Position numbers and translations under genes: made by a program. 50,384 bases of DNA from Sodaliphilus sp. (GTDB lineage: Bacteria; Bacteroidota; Bacteroidia; Bacteroidales; Muribaculaceae), in the NCBI GenBank assembly GCA_051871435.1, contig JBJECV010000002.1, positions 1 to 50,384 of the forward strand, given 5' to 3'. Each line of letters begins with the position of its first letter. Within the stretch, counting starts at the first letter, position 1. This document shows positions 29,966 through 39,293 of the stretch, piece by piece. The notes beneath the pieces are model-generated. The model was not told the DNA's origin, searched no databases, and was given only the letters and a program-made list of their open reading frames with translations.

Positions 29966-31228
29966 TTATTCAGGAGAGTCCACCATCTTTACTTTGCTAC
30001 CCACGAGGGCGTAGAACAAGATGTAGGCAGCGCAAGCCACGGGGATAAAGTAGCTGTAGAGGTAACCGACCAAGTCGGCAACCCATGCTTGCAAGCCAAC
30101 CATCACGGTGCAACCGAACACCATGGTCATGAAAATACCACTTGCGGCAGCGGTGTATTTGCCAAGGCCTTCCACAGCCATATTGAAGATACCGCCCCAC
30201 ATCACCGATGTGCAAAGACCCACCAAAATGAAGGCGAGCACGCAGATAGGTACTTCAGGATAAATCACTTGAAGGTTGGTCCAGTCGATACCAATCACGG
30301 TCACCTTCCACGATTCGGGAGCAAAAATGCCGAACAATAGCAACACGATGGCTACTGCTGCCACAGTGCTCACCATGGCGCGGCTACTCACCTTGCTACC
30401 GATACTGCCACCCACAGAGCGGCCCACAAACATCATCAACCAATACACTGAAGCAATTAAACCAGCCACGCCGGCAGAGAGCCCAACAGCGTCGGTTTGC
30501 AGATACGAAATCATGTAGGTGGGGGTGCCCACTTCCACACTCATATACAAGAAAATGGCAAGAGCACCAAGCGACAATTGCGGGAATTTCAGAGCGCCGG
30601 TCACGAGCTCCAATTCCACCTTAGCTTGCTCTGGTTCTTCAATTTTGGTGAAGAGCAAAATCACGAAAGCCAAAGCAAAGATAATGCCGGCAATCACGAG
30701 AGCCGGAGTGGCATCGGCGATGCCGGTGCTTTTGGTTACTTCACCAATGAGCGCACCCATCAAGATGTAGACAGCCACTGCTGATGCGGAATTGAAAGCA
30801 CCACCAATTTGGATGAGTTGGTTGCCGGTTTTGCCACCACCGCCCAGCACATTCAAGAGGGGATTGACCACGGTGTTGAGCATACACATGCACAAGCCGC
30901 TGATAAATGCGCCAATCAAATAAATCCAGTAGCTTCTTGCCTCACCGCTCAGGTATTCAAATCCGATGCCGATAAGGCCCACAATCAAGGCGAGCAAAGC
31001 CGTTTTCTTATACCCGAATTTGGCAATCAGCATACCGCTGGGAATACCCATCACCAAGTAGGCGATAAAGTTAGCATAATTACCAATCTGTCCGGCAAGC
31101 TCTGAAGCCCCGAATTGGTTCTTCACGATTGTTGCCATTGGCGAGCAAAGATTGGTCACAAAAGCAATCATTGCAAAGAGGGCAATCATCATAATAATTG
31201 CTGCCCATTGTTTTGTTTGTTTTGCCAT
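29966..31228 (-). CDS. MFS sugar transporter, FucP/GluP family
   Basis: FIAYLVMGIPSG, GYKK, NTVVNP, IFLYMSVEVG and SVMWGGIF; 12 TM segments. Confidence 0.9.
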   Translation of the reverse strand: MAKQTKQWAAIIMMIALFAMIAFVTNLCSPMATIVKNQFGASELAGQIGNYANFIAYLVMGIPSGMLIAKFGYKKTALLALIVGLIGIGFEYLSGEARSYWIYLIGAFISGLCMCMLNTVVNPLLNVLGGGGKTGNQLIQIGGAFNSASAVAVYILMGALIGEVTKSTGIADATPALVIAGIIFALAFVILLFTKIEEPEQAKVELELVTGALKFPQLSLGALAIFLYMSVEVGTPTYMISYLQTDAVGLSAGVAGLIASVYWLMMFVGRSVGGSIGSKVSSRAMVSTVAAVAIVLLLFGIFAPESWKVTVIGIDWTNLQVIYPEVPICVLAFILVGLCTSVMWGGIFNMAVEGLGKYTAAASGIFMTMVFGCTVMVGLQAWVADLVGYLYSYFIPVACAAYILFYALVGSKVKMVDSPE

Positions 31229-31391
31229 TTTGTTGTTGTTTTTGTTTAAGTTATTAATGTTTTGGTTTTTGTCGGAGGACTTTGATGATGTAAAAATACA
31301 TCATTTTATTGATTTACGACAAATAAAATCGCTATTTCCTTTTAAAAAATGTGTATTTTTTACGGAAATTGCCTCATTTGCTTGCAAGAAA

Positions 31392-32066
31392 TCAGTATTG
31401 GCGAGGTCCGAAAATGTTGGTGCCGATGCGCACCAAGGTGGCGCTATGCTCCACGGCAATGTGCCAATCGTCGCTCATGCCCATGCTCAGCTCATTGAAA
31501 TCGTCGGCGGGGAAGCGGTGCTCGTGGAGGAGCGTGTGAAAGGTAGATGCCACGCGTGCAAATTCCGAAGCGATGAGGGCTGTGTCGTCGGTGAAAGTGG
31601 CCATTGCCATTAATCCGCGGTATCGCACATGCTTAAAGGGCTGAAATTCGCCGACCTGCGCCAATTGTAGCAATTCATCCACGGTAAAACCGCTTTTGGC
31701 TTCCTCTTGCGCCACATGGAGCTGGAGCAGTACGTCGACGGAGCGCCCGATTCGTTCGGCTTCCTTATTGATGGTGGTGAGCAAGCGAAGACTGTCCACA
31801 CTGTGGATGAGCGACACGATGGGCATAATTTGCCGCACTTTGTTGCGCTGCAAATGCCCGATAAAGTGCCATTGCACATCCTCGGGCATAAGGGGGGCCT
31901 TCGCCACGAGCTCTTGTGCATGGCTTTCGCCAAAAATGCGCTGACCTGCGGCGTAAGCCTCTTGCAACTGCTGCACCGGATGGTATTTCGACACAGCCAC
32001 AAGGCTTACACCTTCAGGCAATTGCGCTTTGATTTGGGTAATATTTTCGGCAATGCTGTGTGGCAT
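31392..32066 (-). CDS. yggS: PLP homeostasis protein, YggS/PROSC family
   Basis: LVAVSK, FGESHAQE, WHFIGHLQRNK, LSMGMSDD and VRIGTNIFG. Confidence 0.96.
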   Translation of the reverse strand: MPHSIAENITQIKAQLPEGVSLVAVSKYHPVQQLQEAYAAGQRIFGESHAQELVAKAPLMPEDVQWHFIGHLQRNKVRQIMPIVSLIHSVDSLRLLTTINKEAERIGRSVDVLLQLHVAQEEAKSGFTVDELLQLAQVGEFQPFKHVRYRGLMAMATFTDDTALIASEFARVASTFHTLLHEHRFPADDFNELSMGMSDDWHIAVEHSATLVRIGTNIFGPRQY

Positions 32067-32521
32067 TATTCTTCTTTTGGAGCTGCGCCGCTCAGATTTT
32101 CAGCAAAAACGTCGATGTATGGCATTTCGGTGATGTTCACGATTTCGAAATCAAACAGCACACTCTTCATAGCTTCCAAGAAGTAGTCTAAAGCCAATTT
32201 AAATTCAGAGGCTTGCACCAAGCTAAAACTTGCGGTGCGCTTTTCGGCGCCGGTTTTTTCGTCGATGGTAATCATATTGATTTTTACCTTATACCAGCGG
32301 TCGCCACCTTCGTGGTAAAGCACGTCTTCGAGGCGCACTTTGCGCACCACCGTCACGGTGAGGTCGCCCGATGTGTAGGGCTCCATTTCCTTGATGATGC
32401 GGGCTTCGGCCTCGGTGAATGAAAGTGCATCCACCAAAAAAGCCTCGGTTACCGATTTAATGGCACCGGTTTCAAGCATCGTTTTGTCGTATTTTACCTT
32501 AGTTTCAAACCATTGACTCAT
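32066..32521 (-). CDS. Conserved Bacteroidetes protein (DUF4494-like)
   Basis: WFETKVKYDK, LVDALSFTEAEARII and DEKTGAEK; translationally coupled to yggS (1-bp overlap). Confidence 0.85.
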   Translation of the reverse strand: MSQWFETKVKYDKTMLETGAIKSVTEAFLVDALSFTEAEARIIKEMEPYTSGDLTVTVVRKVRLEDVLYHEGGDRWYKVKINMITIDEKTGAEKRTASFSLVQASEFKLALDYFLEAMKSVLFDFEIVNITEMPYIDVFAENLSGAAPKEE

Positions 32522-32734
32522 AATTGTTTCGTTTTTTATAGTTAATAATCAAATTAATTTCTTGAATGTGTTTTTGCCCAATCCGGAAGAGGGCATAGCA
32601 TCTACAAAGTTAAGCATTTTTTGTGGTTTTTCGGCCAAATAAAGCGAAATAAAATGGTGGAAAAATTGCATTGATTTGCAATTCAGTGCTTTGTTGTGTA
32701 ACTTTGCACTTGCAAACACAAAGCCGAATATTCG

Positions 32735-33334
32735 ATGAGTGATTTTTATAGAACCATCAAAGAGCGCTCCCAAGCCAAGTACACCGAGAAAATGAGTAAG
32801 TTTCTCTCTTTTGCCGTGCCTGTGGGTTCGGCGGAGGAGGCGAAAGCTGTGGTGAAAGCCATTTCGAATGAATATCACGATGCGCGCCACTGCTGCTGGG
32901 CATACATGATTGGCACCAACAGAGAGGAATATCTCTCGAGCGACAATGGCGAGCCTTCGGGCACGGCGGGCAAACCCATTCTCGGGCAAATCAATTCGTT
33001 TAATCTTACCAACATTGTGATAGCTGTGGTGCGCTATTTCGGCGGCATTAAGTTGGGCACTTCGGGGCTGATAGTGGCATATCGCGAGGCGGCTCGCTTG
33101 GCGATAGAAAATGCCGAAATTTTGGAATGTCACGAGCAAGCGCGCGTCACCTTCAATTTTCCTTATCTGTGTATGAACGATATGATGAAAATTGTGAAAT
33201 CCAATCCGGTGAAAGTGATTGACCAAGCCTTCGACAACGACTGCGTGATGACCTTAGAATGTGATGCCGACAAAATGCCTGCGCTCATTGCTAAAATAGA
33301 ACAAGTGGATGGCTCGGCTATTCTCTCGCACTAA
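32735..33334 (+). CDS. yigZ: YigZ/IMPACT-family protein
   Basis: DARHCCWAY, DNGEPSGTAGKPIL and VVRYFGGIKLGTSGLIVAY. Confidence 0.95.
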   Translation: MSDFYRTIKERSQAKYTEKMSKFLSFAVPVGSAEEAKAVVKAISNEYHDARHCCWAYMIGTNREEYLSSDNGEPSGTAGKPILGQINSFNLTNIVIAVVRYFGGIKLGTSGLIVAYREAARLAIENAEILECHEQARVTFNFPYLCMNDMMKIVKSNPVKVIDQAFDNDCVMTLECDADKMPALIAKIEQVDGSAILSH

Positions 33335-33338
33335 ATGC

Positions 33339-34079
33339 TTAGGAGCGTGCGGTAAACAGCATGCGGCATTTCACGTGGCTGGCGCCCTCCACATCAATAG
33401 AGAGCTTGCAGTCGATAGGGTCGGTGTCGTTGATTTGAATATCCACCTTGGTGCCGTGGAGCGTTTCCTTTAGGAATGCGATTTCGAGGCGGCTCACAAA
33501 TTCGTGGTCGTATTTTTCTATCGAGAATTGATTTTGTAGCAAATCCAGGTATTTCACCGTGTTCACATGGCGATTGATATCGCAGTCCATGTAGCTAAAG
33601 GTGTACGTTGCGGTGCGCGATGCTTCCACCGCTTTCAGTCTGCCTTGAGGTGCAATGGGACACTCACGGCCACTAATGTTTTCGCTAATGTAGTCCAGCT
33701 TGCTGATGTCTACACTCTCGCGGGTGGCAAAATCAATCACCATCCAAATGGTGCGCACATAGCCAATTACCACCTCATTTTTGTCGCGAATTTCCATATT
33801 GCGCTGCGAAAAGTGGCGATTGTAGCTCTCAATCCAAGTGGTGAACGAATATGCCTCATTCACTTTTGGATAGCGCATCATTTCAATCGTTACGCGCGAG
33901 AGCACCCATCCTTGGTTGCTCTCTATCATCTTGGCATAGCCCACACCCCAAGCGTTGGCGTGCAGGGTAGCCACTTCTATGATGCGCGTCATCACCAGCG
34001 ACAGTGGCATCTCTTTTTCGGGATTACATTCGGCTGCGGTGAGAAAATATTTTTGTCGGAATTCCTTTAAATTGCTCAT
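33339..34079 (-). CDS. Acyl-ACP thioesterase
   Basis: WVLSR and DCDINRHVNTVKY double hot-dog motifs; start set at ATG 34079. Confidence 0.9.
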   Translation of the reverse strand: MSNLKEFRQKYFLTAAECNPEKEMPLSLVMTRIIEVATLHANAWGVGYAKMIESNQGWVLSRVTIEMMRYPKVNEAYSFTTWIESYNRHFSQRNMEIRDKNEVVIGYVRTIWMVIDFATRESVDISKLDYISENISGRECPIAPQGRLKAVEASRTATYTFSYMDCDINRHVNTVKYLDLLQNQFSIEKYDHEFVSRLEIAFLKETLHGTKVDIQINDTDPIDCKLSIDVEGASHVKCRMLFTARS

Positions 34080-34203
34080 TGCTATGAATTGGGTTTTGAA
34101 AATCGGCATCAAAATTACTAATATTTTTTAATTCTTTCGCACCCACAGCACGCTTTTGTCCAAAAATTCTTACCTTTGTACTGTAAATAATATTTCCAAG
34201 CCC

Positions 34204-34938
34204 ATGTTCCATTTTTTTAGAAAGAAAACTACCGACGCCAGCCTGTTTTATCACACCGATGTGCACAGCCATATCCTTCCCTACGTGGATCATGGCGCAC
34301 ACGACACGCAAATGGGTATTGAATTGCTCCAAGCGGAAATGGAGATGGGCATCAATAAGGTGATACTCACTTCGCACGTCACCTCCGAAGTGTTTGAAAA
34401 CACCCACGAATCGCTCACACAAGCATTCACTCCCTTTCAAGATGCTGTGAAAGAAGCCGGATTGGATGTGCAATTGCATCTCTCGGCAGAATATCGTATG
34501 GACGACTATTGGCGCAAGCAATACGCCGAAAGCAAAATTTTGCCCATGCCCGGCAACTATGTGCTTTTAGAAAACTCTTTCTATCAAGAACTCATTGGCT
34601 CCGCAGAAATGATGTTCGATCTCAATTGCCGTGGCTATCACCCCATCCTGGCACATCCCGAGCGCTACCCTTATTTTGCGCAAGACAAGGACCGCTACAC
34701 GGCGATGCACCAGTCGAATGTGTTGTTTCAAATCAATATCCTATCCTTTACCGGCTACTTCGGACATTCCGCACGCGAAACAGCATTTTGGCTCTTGAAC
34801 CACGATTTGGTGGATTTCCTCGGCTCCGACATTCACCACATGAAACACGCTAAAATCATCAAAGACTACCTCGCCACCAAAGAATGGCGAAAAATATCCC
34901 AAAAACTCCAAGGTCGCATCCTTAACGACCAAATCTAA
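34204..34938 (+). CDS. PHP-family tyrosine-protein phosphatase (CpsB/CapC/YwqE-like)
   Basis: DVHSHILPYVDHG, LTSH, ILAHPERY and GSDIH metal-binding motifs. Confidence 0.9.
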   Translation: MFHFFRKKTTDASLFYHTDVHSHILPYVDHGAHDTQMGIELLQAEMEMGINKVILTSHVTSEVFENTHESLTQAFTPFQDAVKEAGLDVQLHLSAEYRMDDYWRKQYAESKILPMPGNYVLLENSFYQELIGSAEMMFDLNCRGYHPILAHPERYPYFAQDKDRYTAMHQSNVLFQINILSFTGYFGHSARETAFWLLNHDLVDFLGSDIHHMKHAKIIKDYLATKEWRKISQKLQGRILNDQI

Positions 34939-35147
34939 CCCCCACCTTTTTACCCTCCAAATAGCCTCGCCCACTATCTGTAATCCACTCATTTTTAATG
35001 ACTGGAAGAAATTACCAGCATCGACATGCATAGACAGTTCTTTGCAATGTGAAAAAATTTTTATTGAATTTTTTCAGCATTATTCAATAAATAATTATAC
35101 CTTTGTAAAGTCGCACAATTTGTGTGGCCAACATTTTGAAATTATTA

Positions 35148-35320
35148 GAAGCGTTTTGCTTATCTTGCGAATGAAAACGTAGGAAATTTTCTAAAGATGC
35201 AAAGATAAACAAGCGGTTCTCACGCTATGCCGTGGGCTGCTATTTCTACATCTGCATCTTTGGTTTTCCTACGACCATCATTCGAAGACGTGGCAATTCA
35301 GTCCACGCTTTTATTTTTTA
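35148..35320 (+). ncRNA. Putative structured cis-regulatory leader RNA
   Basis: Lies downstream of TACCTTTG (35098-35105). Nested stems 35168-74/35278-84, 35178-86/35265-73, 35193-201/35253-61 and 35212-24/35231-41, then a CGTGG/CCACG hairpin with a T tract. Confidence 0.6.
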
Positions 35321-35457
35321 TTAATGGTTGAAAGGGCTGTAAGACTGGAATTCAAAATTGAAAATGAAAAAGTTTTTCAAACAGTTATCTTTATTCTAAT
35401 TGATTATCAATTATACTAAAAACATCAATTTTATTAATAGTTTAAATTTTTAAAAGT

Positions 35458-36153
35458 ATGAAAAAAATTATTATGTTAATGTTGTCGGTATGCACAGTAT
35501 TTGCCGCATACGCACAATTAGGAGAAAAAACCACATTTGGTTTGAGAGCAGGTTTAGGTTTAGGAGGTTTCTCTTCTTCAGATGCTTATTTGTTGATTGG
35601 CGGAACAAAAGAGAGTAATTGGGATATGAAAAACAATGCTAAGCCCACCTATAATGTGGGAGCTATTGTTGATATTCCAGTTTATCGCAAATGGGGATTA
35701 TCTGTGCAGTCCGGTTTGTGGTTTACTGAACGTCACACCAAGTTTGAAGGCACCAACTCGCATACTTCTTCCACAACTCGAGATCTTGACCTCAAAGCTA
35801 TGTATTTGCAACTTCCTGTGCAATTGGGTTATCATTATAACTTCAATATTGTAAATGTTCAAGCACTTGTTGGCCCCTATTTGGAATATCGTATTGGTAA
35901 AGGAAACAGCGAAGGCGATTATTCTCTGAATGGTGGTACACATAGTGAAGGTAAAGTGTTCTCCGACGATGATAAAGAACTATCTTATGGATTGTCGTTC
36001 GGATTGAATGTTGAGTACAAACATATCGTTCTCGGTGCGAAGTATGACCTCGGCTTTACGAACTATTATGATGGCACTAACGAGAACAGAAAGGGAAAAG
36101 ACCTTGATCTCAAGGGCAATATGTTCAGTGTAGTTGTTGGTTGGAATTTCTAA
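35458..36153 (+). CDS. Outer-membrane beta-barrel (porin-like/PorT-like) protein
   Basis: Signal peptide; FGLRAGL, YLQLPVQLGY, VGPY and YDLGFTN; terminal GWNF. Confidence 0.85.
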   Translation: MKKIIMLMLSVCTVFAAYAQLGEKTTFGLRAGLGLGGFSSSDAYLLIGGTKESNWDMKNNAKPTYNVGAIVDIPVYRKWGLSVQSGLWFTERHTKFEGTNSHTSSTTRDLDLKAMYLQLPVQLGYHYNFNIVNVQALVGPYLEYRIGKGNSEGDYSLNGGTHSEGKVFSDDDKELSYGLSFGLNVEYKHIVLGAKYDLGFTNYYDGTNENRKGKDLDLKGNMFSVVVGWNF

Positions 36154-36268
36154 TAATATTTTAAGAATGAACACCGGTAGAATTTCTACTAATCTATAGA
36201 AATGATTTATATTACTGTGTTCATTTTTGAGAAGTGGACACAGTAATAATTCACTAAACCACAAATAA

Positions 36269-36931
36269 ATGATGAAAAGATATTATTTGATTTTGGCGAT
36301 TGTGGTGTTGACCATTTTTTCGGCTTCTTCACAGTATTACAATCCCTATATTAATCCATATTCTGCTCAGCAATCCTATGAATATGGCCGGCAATTGGCA
36401 AAACAAATGCAAGAGGAGCAGGATGAAAGAGATGCTCGTTCAGTAACAGGATGTACTGCTCGCATTGCCAAAGCAATTGCTCGAAGAAACTTTTCTGAAG
36501 CAGAGGAATGGGCAGAAAAATTATTGGATTTGAAAAAGGGCTATGGCTATTATTATTTGGGATTAACGAATGAATTGCAGGGCTATGAAAGTTATGCAAA
36601 AGAGTACTATCAAGAAGGTGCTAATTTGAATAATAGTAGTTGTAAAAAAGAACTTCAGCGTATCGCAAAATATGGCTATGCTACCGATGAGCAAATAGAC
36701 AATGTGGTAAACTATTTTATTCAATTGGAAGCGATGTCGTATAATATGGCAGGTCAAATCACCAATAATATTTGGGGAAATTACGATGTAGACCATTCGT
36801 GCAGAGCTTGTAATAATACAGGCGTATGTAATGGATGTCGTGGAACCGGATTTGCTTATGGCACTACGCGTTGCAATATGTGCCATGGCTCTACGAAATG
36901 TATGATTTGTGGTGGTAAAAGATATCGTTGA
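36269..36931 (+). CDS. Exported protein with a TPR/SEL1-like segment and C-terminal DnaJ-type zinc finger
   Basis: Signal peptide; YYYLGL...AKEYYQEGA helical repeat; four CxxCxxxx units (CRACNNTG, CNGCRGTG, CNMCHGST, CMICGGKR). Confidence 0.75.
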   Translation: MMKRYYLILAIVVLTIFSASSQYYNPYINPYSAQQSYEYGRQLAKQMQEEQDERDARSVTGCTARIAKAIARRNFSEAEEWAEKLLDLKKGYGYYYLGLTNELQGYESYAKEYYQEGANLNNSSCKKELQRIAKYGYATDEQIDNVVNYFIQLEAMSYNMAGQITNNIWGNYDVDHSCRACNNTGVCNGCRGTGFAYGTTRCNMCHGSTKCMICGGKRYR

Positions 36932-36961
36932 TTAAGTAAATATTTTGATATTTTGTGTTGT

Positions 36962-37004
36962 GAGTCCGCTACTTTCGCACTTGTGAAAGTAGCGGACTCG
37001 CTTT
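36962..37004 (+). terminator. Strong hairpin after the islet genes
   Basis: GAGTCCGCTACTTTCGCA-CT-TGTGAAAGTAGCGGACTC followed by GCTTT. Confidence 0.75.
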
Positions 37005-37053
37005 GCTTGATGTATATAGAATGTGGCCCCGACTACCTATTTTTCTTCTGCGG

Positions 37054-37237
37054 TTGCAAAGGGACGGTTCTTGCAACCTAAAGTGTTATAATGCATTGAA
37101 TATCAATTTACTACAAGAAATTCATAGAGTAATTTTAGTATAATTTAACAACTAAAAATCTGCTTAAAAATAACACCTAATCTATTAATATATAGTGTGA
37201 TATGCGAATTTAGATTGCAAGAACCGTCCCTTTGCAA
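37054..37237. repeat. 184-bp element with 29-bp inverted repeats around an AT-rich core
   Basis: TTGCAAAGGGACGGTTCTTGCAACCTAAA / TTTAGATTGCAAGAACCGTCCCTTTGCAA, 28/29 complementary; degenerate third copy at 37709-37732. Confidence 0.85.
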
Positions 37238-37258
37238 TGTAAAAACCCGGGTGATGAC

Positions 37259-37649
37259 TTGCCACAACCGACCCTCTCCCGAGGCTCATATCTTGTGCTT
37301 TGACTTTCTCCAAGCTGCGCTCCGGCTACGCCTCCGTTTGCATGGAGAACGACAATTCGCCATCTCCGATGGCGGTTGGCGTGTGTAACATGCGAAATAC
37401 GTGGAACAGCTGGAACACTATGAAACGCCGGTGGCAGGGGTCGCATACCTAAAGGCATGCAACCGGGTAGGTGGCTTCGGTTACCGGCATTTTGATTCGA
37501 TTCCATTCCGCTGGCGCTCCATTCCATCGCATCTGCATACCGGCCTACACACATCCCATCCCTGACGGGATGGCAATCCTGCGAATTCGTTGGCTATTTT
37601 AATTGTAGGGAAGTGTGACCTATTTACCCCTCTTTTGTTTCACTGAGCC
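37259..37649. mobile_element. Rearranged/partial relative of the 23626-24371 element
   Basis: 37259-37380 matches 23953-24072 in direct orientation. About 37430-37649 matches 23626-23842 in inverted orientation and ends in a TIR-like CACTGAGCC. Confidence 0.8.
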
Positions 37650-37782
37650 ATCTTTGTCGGTAAAAACTTTTTATGTTCAAGAAGGCTATTTATCGACGAG
37701 TGTTCGCATTGCAAAAGAACCGTCGCTTTGCATTTATGGAAATTTCAATGTCTTCATCAATGGCATTGGCGATGGGGCGGGG

Positions 37783-38649
37783 TTATTGGGCGATGAGTTG
37801 GAAGGGGGCTTGGGTGGCTTCGGTGGTGAAGGTTCCGGTGTAGGTGTAGCCATTGTAGGTGCCGCTGAGTGTGCCCACCATTTCGTTTTTGCCTTTGTAG
37901 ATGCTCACTGTGAGGTCGCTACCGCTACCAATGCCGAGCAGGCGATATTTGGTTTGCTCTTTGCCGTTCACCACTTTTGCTGCCGTGCCGGTGATATTGC
38001 TTTGGTCGGCAGCATTGAGCACCATCACATATTGGTCGGCTCCCACACGCCCTGCGAGCCGTATTTTGGTTGGGGTGGATTGTTTGGGTTTTTGCGTATA
38101 TCTTTGAGGCTGTTCCTCCCAATCGCCTTGCATTTCTTCTTCAAACGGGTCGAAATCGGAGAAAGGATCGTTTGCGAGCATTTCGTCCATCATTTGTTCC
38201 ATTTTTGCCATTTCCGCCATGTGCATTTTCATAATGGAGTCGGCTTCTGCGCCGCTGAGGTGTCGCACAATTACTCTTGGCTGGCTTTCAGCCTGTTCGG
38301 TGTCGGTGGTTTGAGTGATGCTTTGCTGCTCGGCAGGTGTGGAACTCATGTGGCTCACCATCAGGTATGCCACTACGAGCAAAAGCAAAATCAGCGCTGC
38401 AATGCACACCAGCATAGCCTTGCTGATGGCTTTCTTTTTCACCGGCTCAACGGTGCGACGCGGGGTGGGGGAGGCGCTTTCCGGTGCCGATGCATGCTCA
38501 AAGGCTGGAGGCTCGGCTTGTGCGTTTTCTTGTTCCCAGAGTTTTTTATCGTCGGGGTGCTGCGCATGCACGGTGGGTGTGCCACAAATAGGGCACACGG
38601 CATCGGTTTCGCTAATCATCGCACCACAACTATTGCAAATTATTTTCAT
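37783..38649 (-). CDS. Zinc-ribbon domain single-pass membrane protein
   Basis: N-terminal CNSCG...CPICG; one TM helix; Met-rich linker; C-terminal beta-rich domain. Confidence 0.8.
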   Translation of the reverse strand: MKIICNSCGAMISETDAVCPICGTPTVHAQHPDDKKLWEQENAQAEPPAFEHASAPESASPTPRRTVEPVKKKAISKAMLVCIAALILLLLVVAYLMVSHMSSTPAEQQSITQTTDTEQAESQPRVIVRHLSGAEADSIMKMHMAEMAKMEQMMDEMLANDPFSDFDPFEEEMQGDWEEQPQRYTQKPKQSTPTKIRLAGRVGADQYVMVLNAADQSNITGTAAKVVNGKEQTKYRLLGIGSGSDLTVSIYKGKNEMVGTLSGTYNGYTYTGTFTTEATQAPFQLIAQ

Positions 38650-39281
38650 AGCTGTATGGCTTTTTTCACGTAATCCACTATTGTTTGAGCAGTGTTTTCA
38701 TCGCCGAGCACACTGGCGTTGATGCACAAATCGTAGGTGTCGGCTTCGCCCCATTTTTTGTCGGTGTAGAAATTGTAGTAGTTGGCGCGCATTTTGTTGG
38801 CTTTCTCGGCGCACACCAAGGCTTCTTTTTCCGTTTTGCAGTCGCCACGTGCCATAATTCGCTTCACCCTATCTTCCATTGAAGCGTGTAAAAACACACT
38901 AATCACCTTGCACCGATTTCGCAAAATATAGTCGGCAGTGCGGCCCACTATCACACAAGCGCCGCGCTCGGCAATCTGCGTAATCACCTCGCTTTGTGCC
39001 AAGTACACATTGTCTTCGTTGAGTGGTGTGTTGGTCATCAAATAGGCGCCGGTGTTGTAGCCGAAGGTGAGCGAAAACATTCCTCTGAAAAACGAAGGCG
39101 ATTTCTCATCTTTGGCTTCAAAAAATTCCTTTGCCACGCCGCTTTGCTTTGCCGTTTCGATAATCAACTCACTATCGTAGTAGGCGATGCCAAGCATTTT
39201 CGCCACCATTTTGCCGATTTCTCTTCCGCCGCATCCAAATTGTCGGCCAATCACTATTGCATATTTATCGCATTGTGTCAT
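38646..39281 (-). CDS. Cytidylate kinase-like family protein
   Basis: IGRQFGCGGREIG P-loop variant, VIVGRTADYIL, RANYYNFYT..KWG and YDLCIN. Confidence 0.9.
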   Translation of the reverse strand: MTQCDKYAIVIGRQFGCGGREIGKMVAKMLGIAYYDSELIIETAKQSGVAKEFFEAKDEKSPSFFRGMFSLTFGYNTGAYLMTNTPLNEDNVYLAQSEVITQIAERGACVIVGRTADYILRNRCKVISVFLHASMEDRVKRIMARGDCKTEKEALVCAEKANKMRANYYNFYTDKKWGEADTYDLCINASVLGDENTAQTIVDYVKKAIQL

Positions 39282-39293
39282 GTGAATGTATGT

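Noticed and set aside
37615-38673. Long antisense ORFs (37615-38673, 28641-29831, 26033-27094, 44865-45803, 15269-16201, 46647-47555, 42474-43367, 24389-25153)
   Set aside because: They are shadows opposite well-supported genes, explained by codon bias, and lack recognisable motifs.
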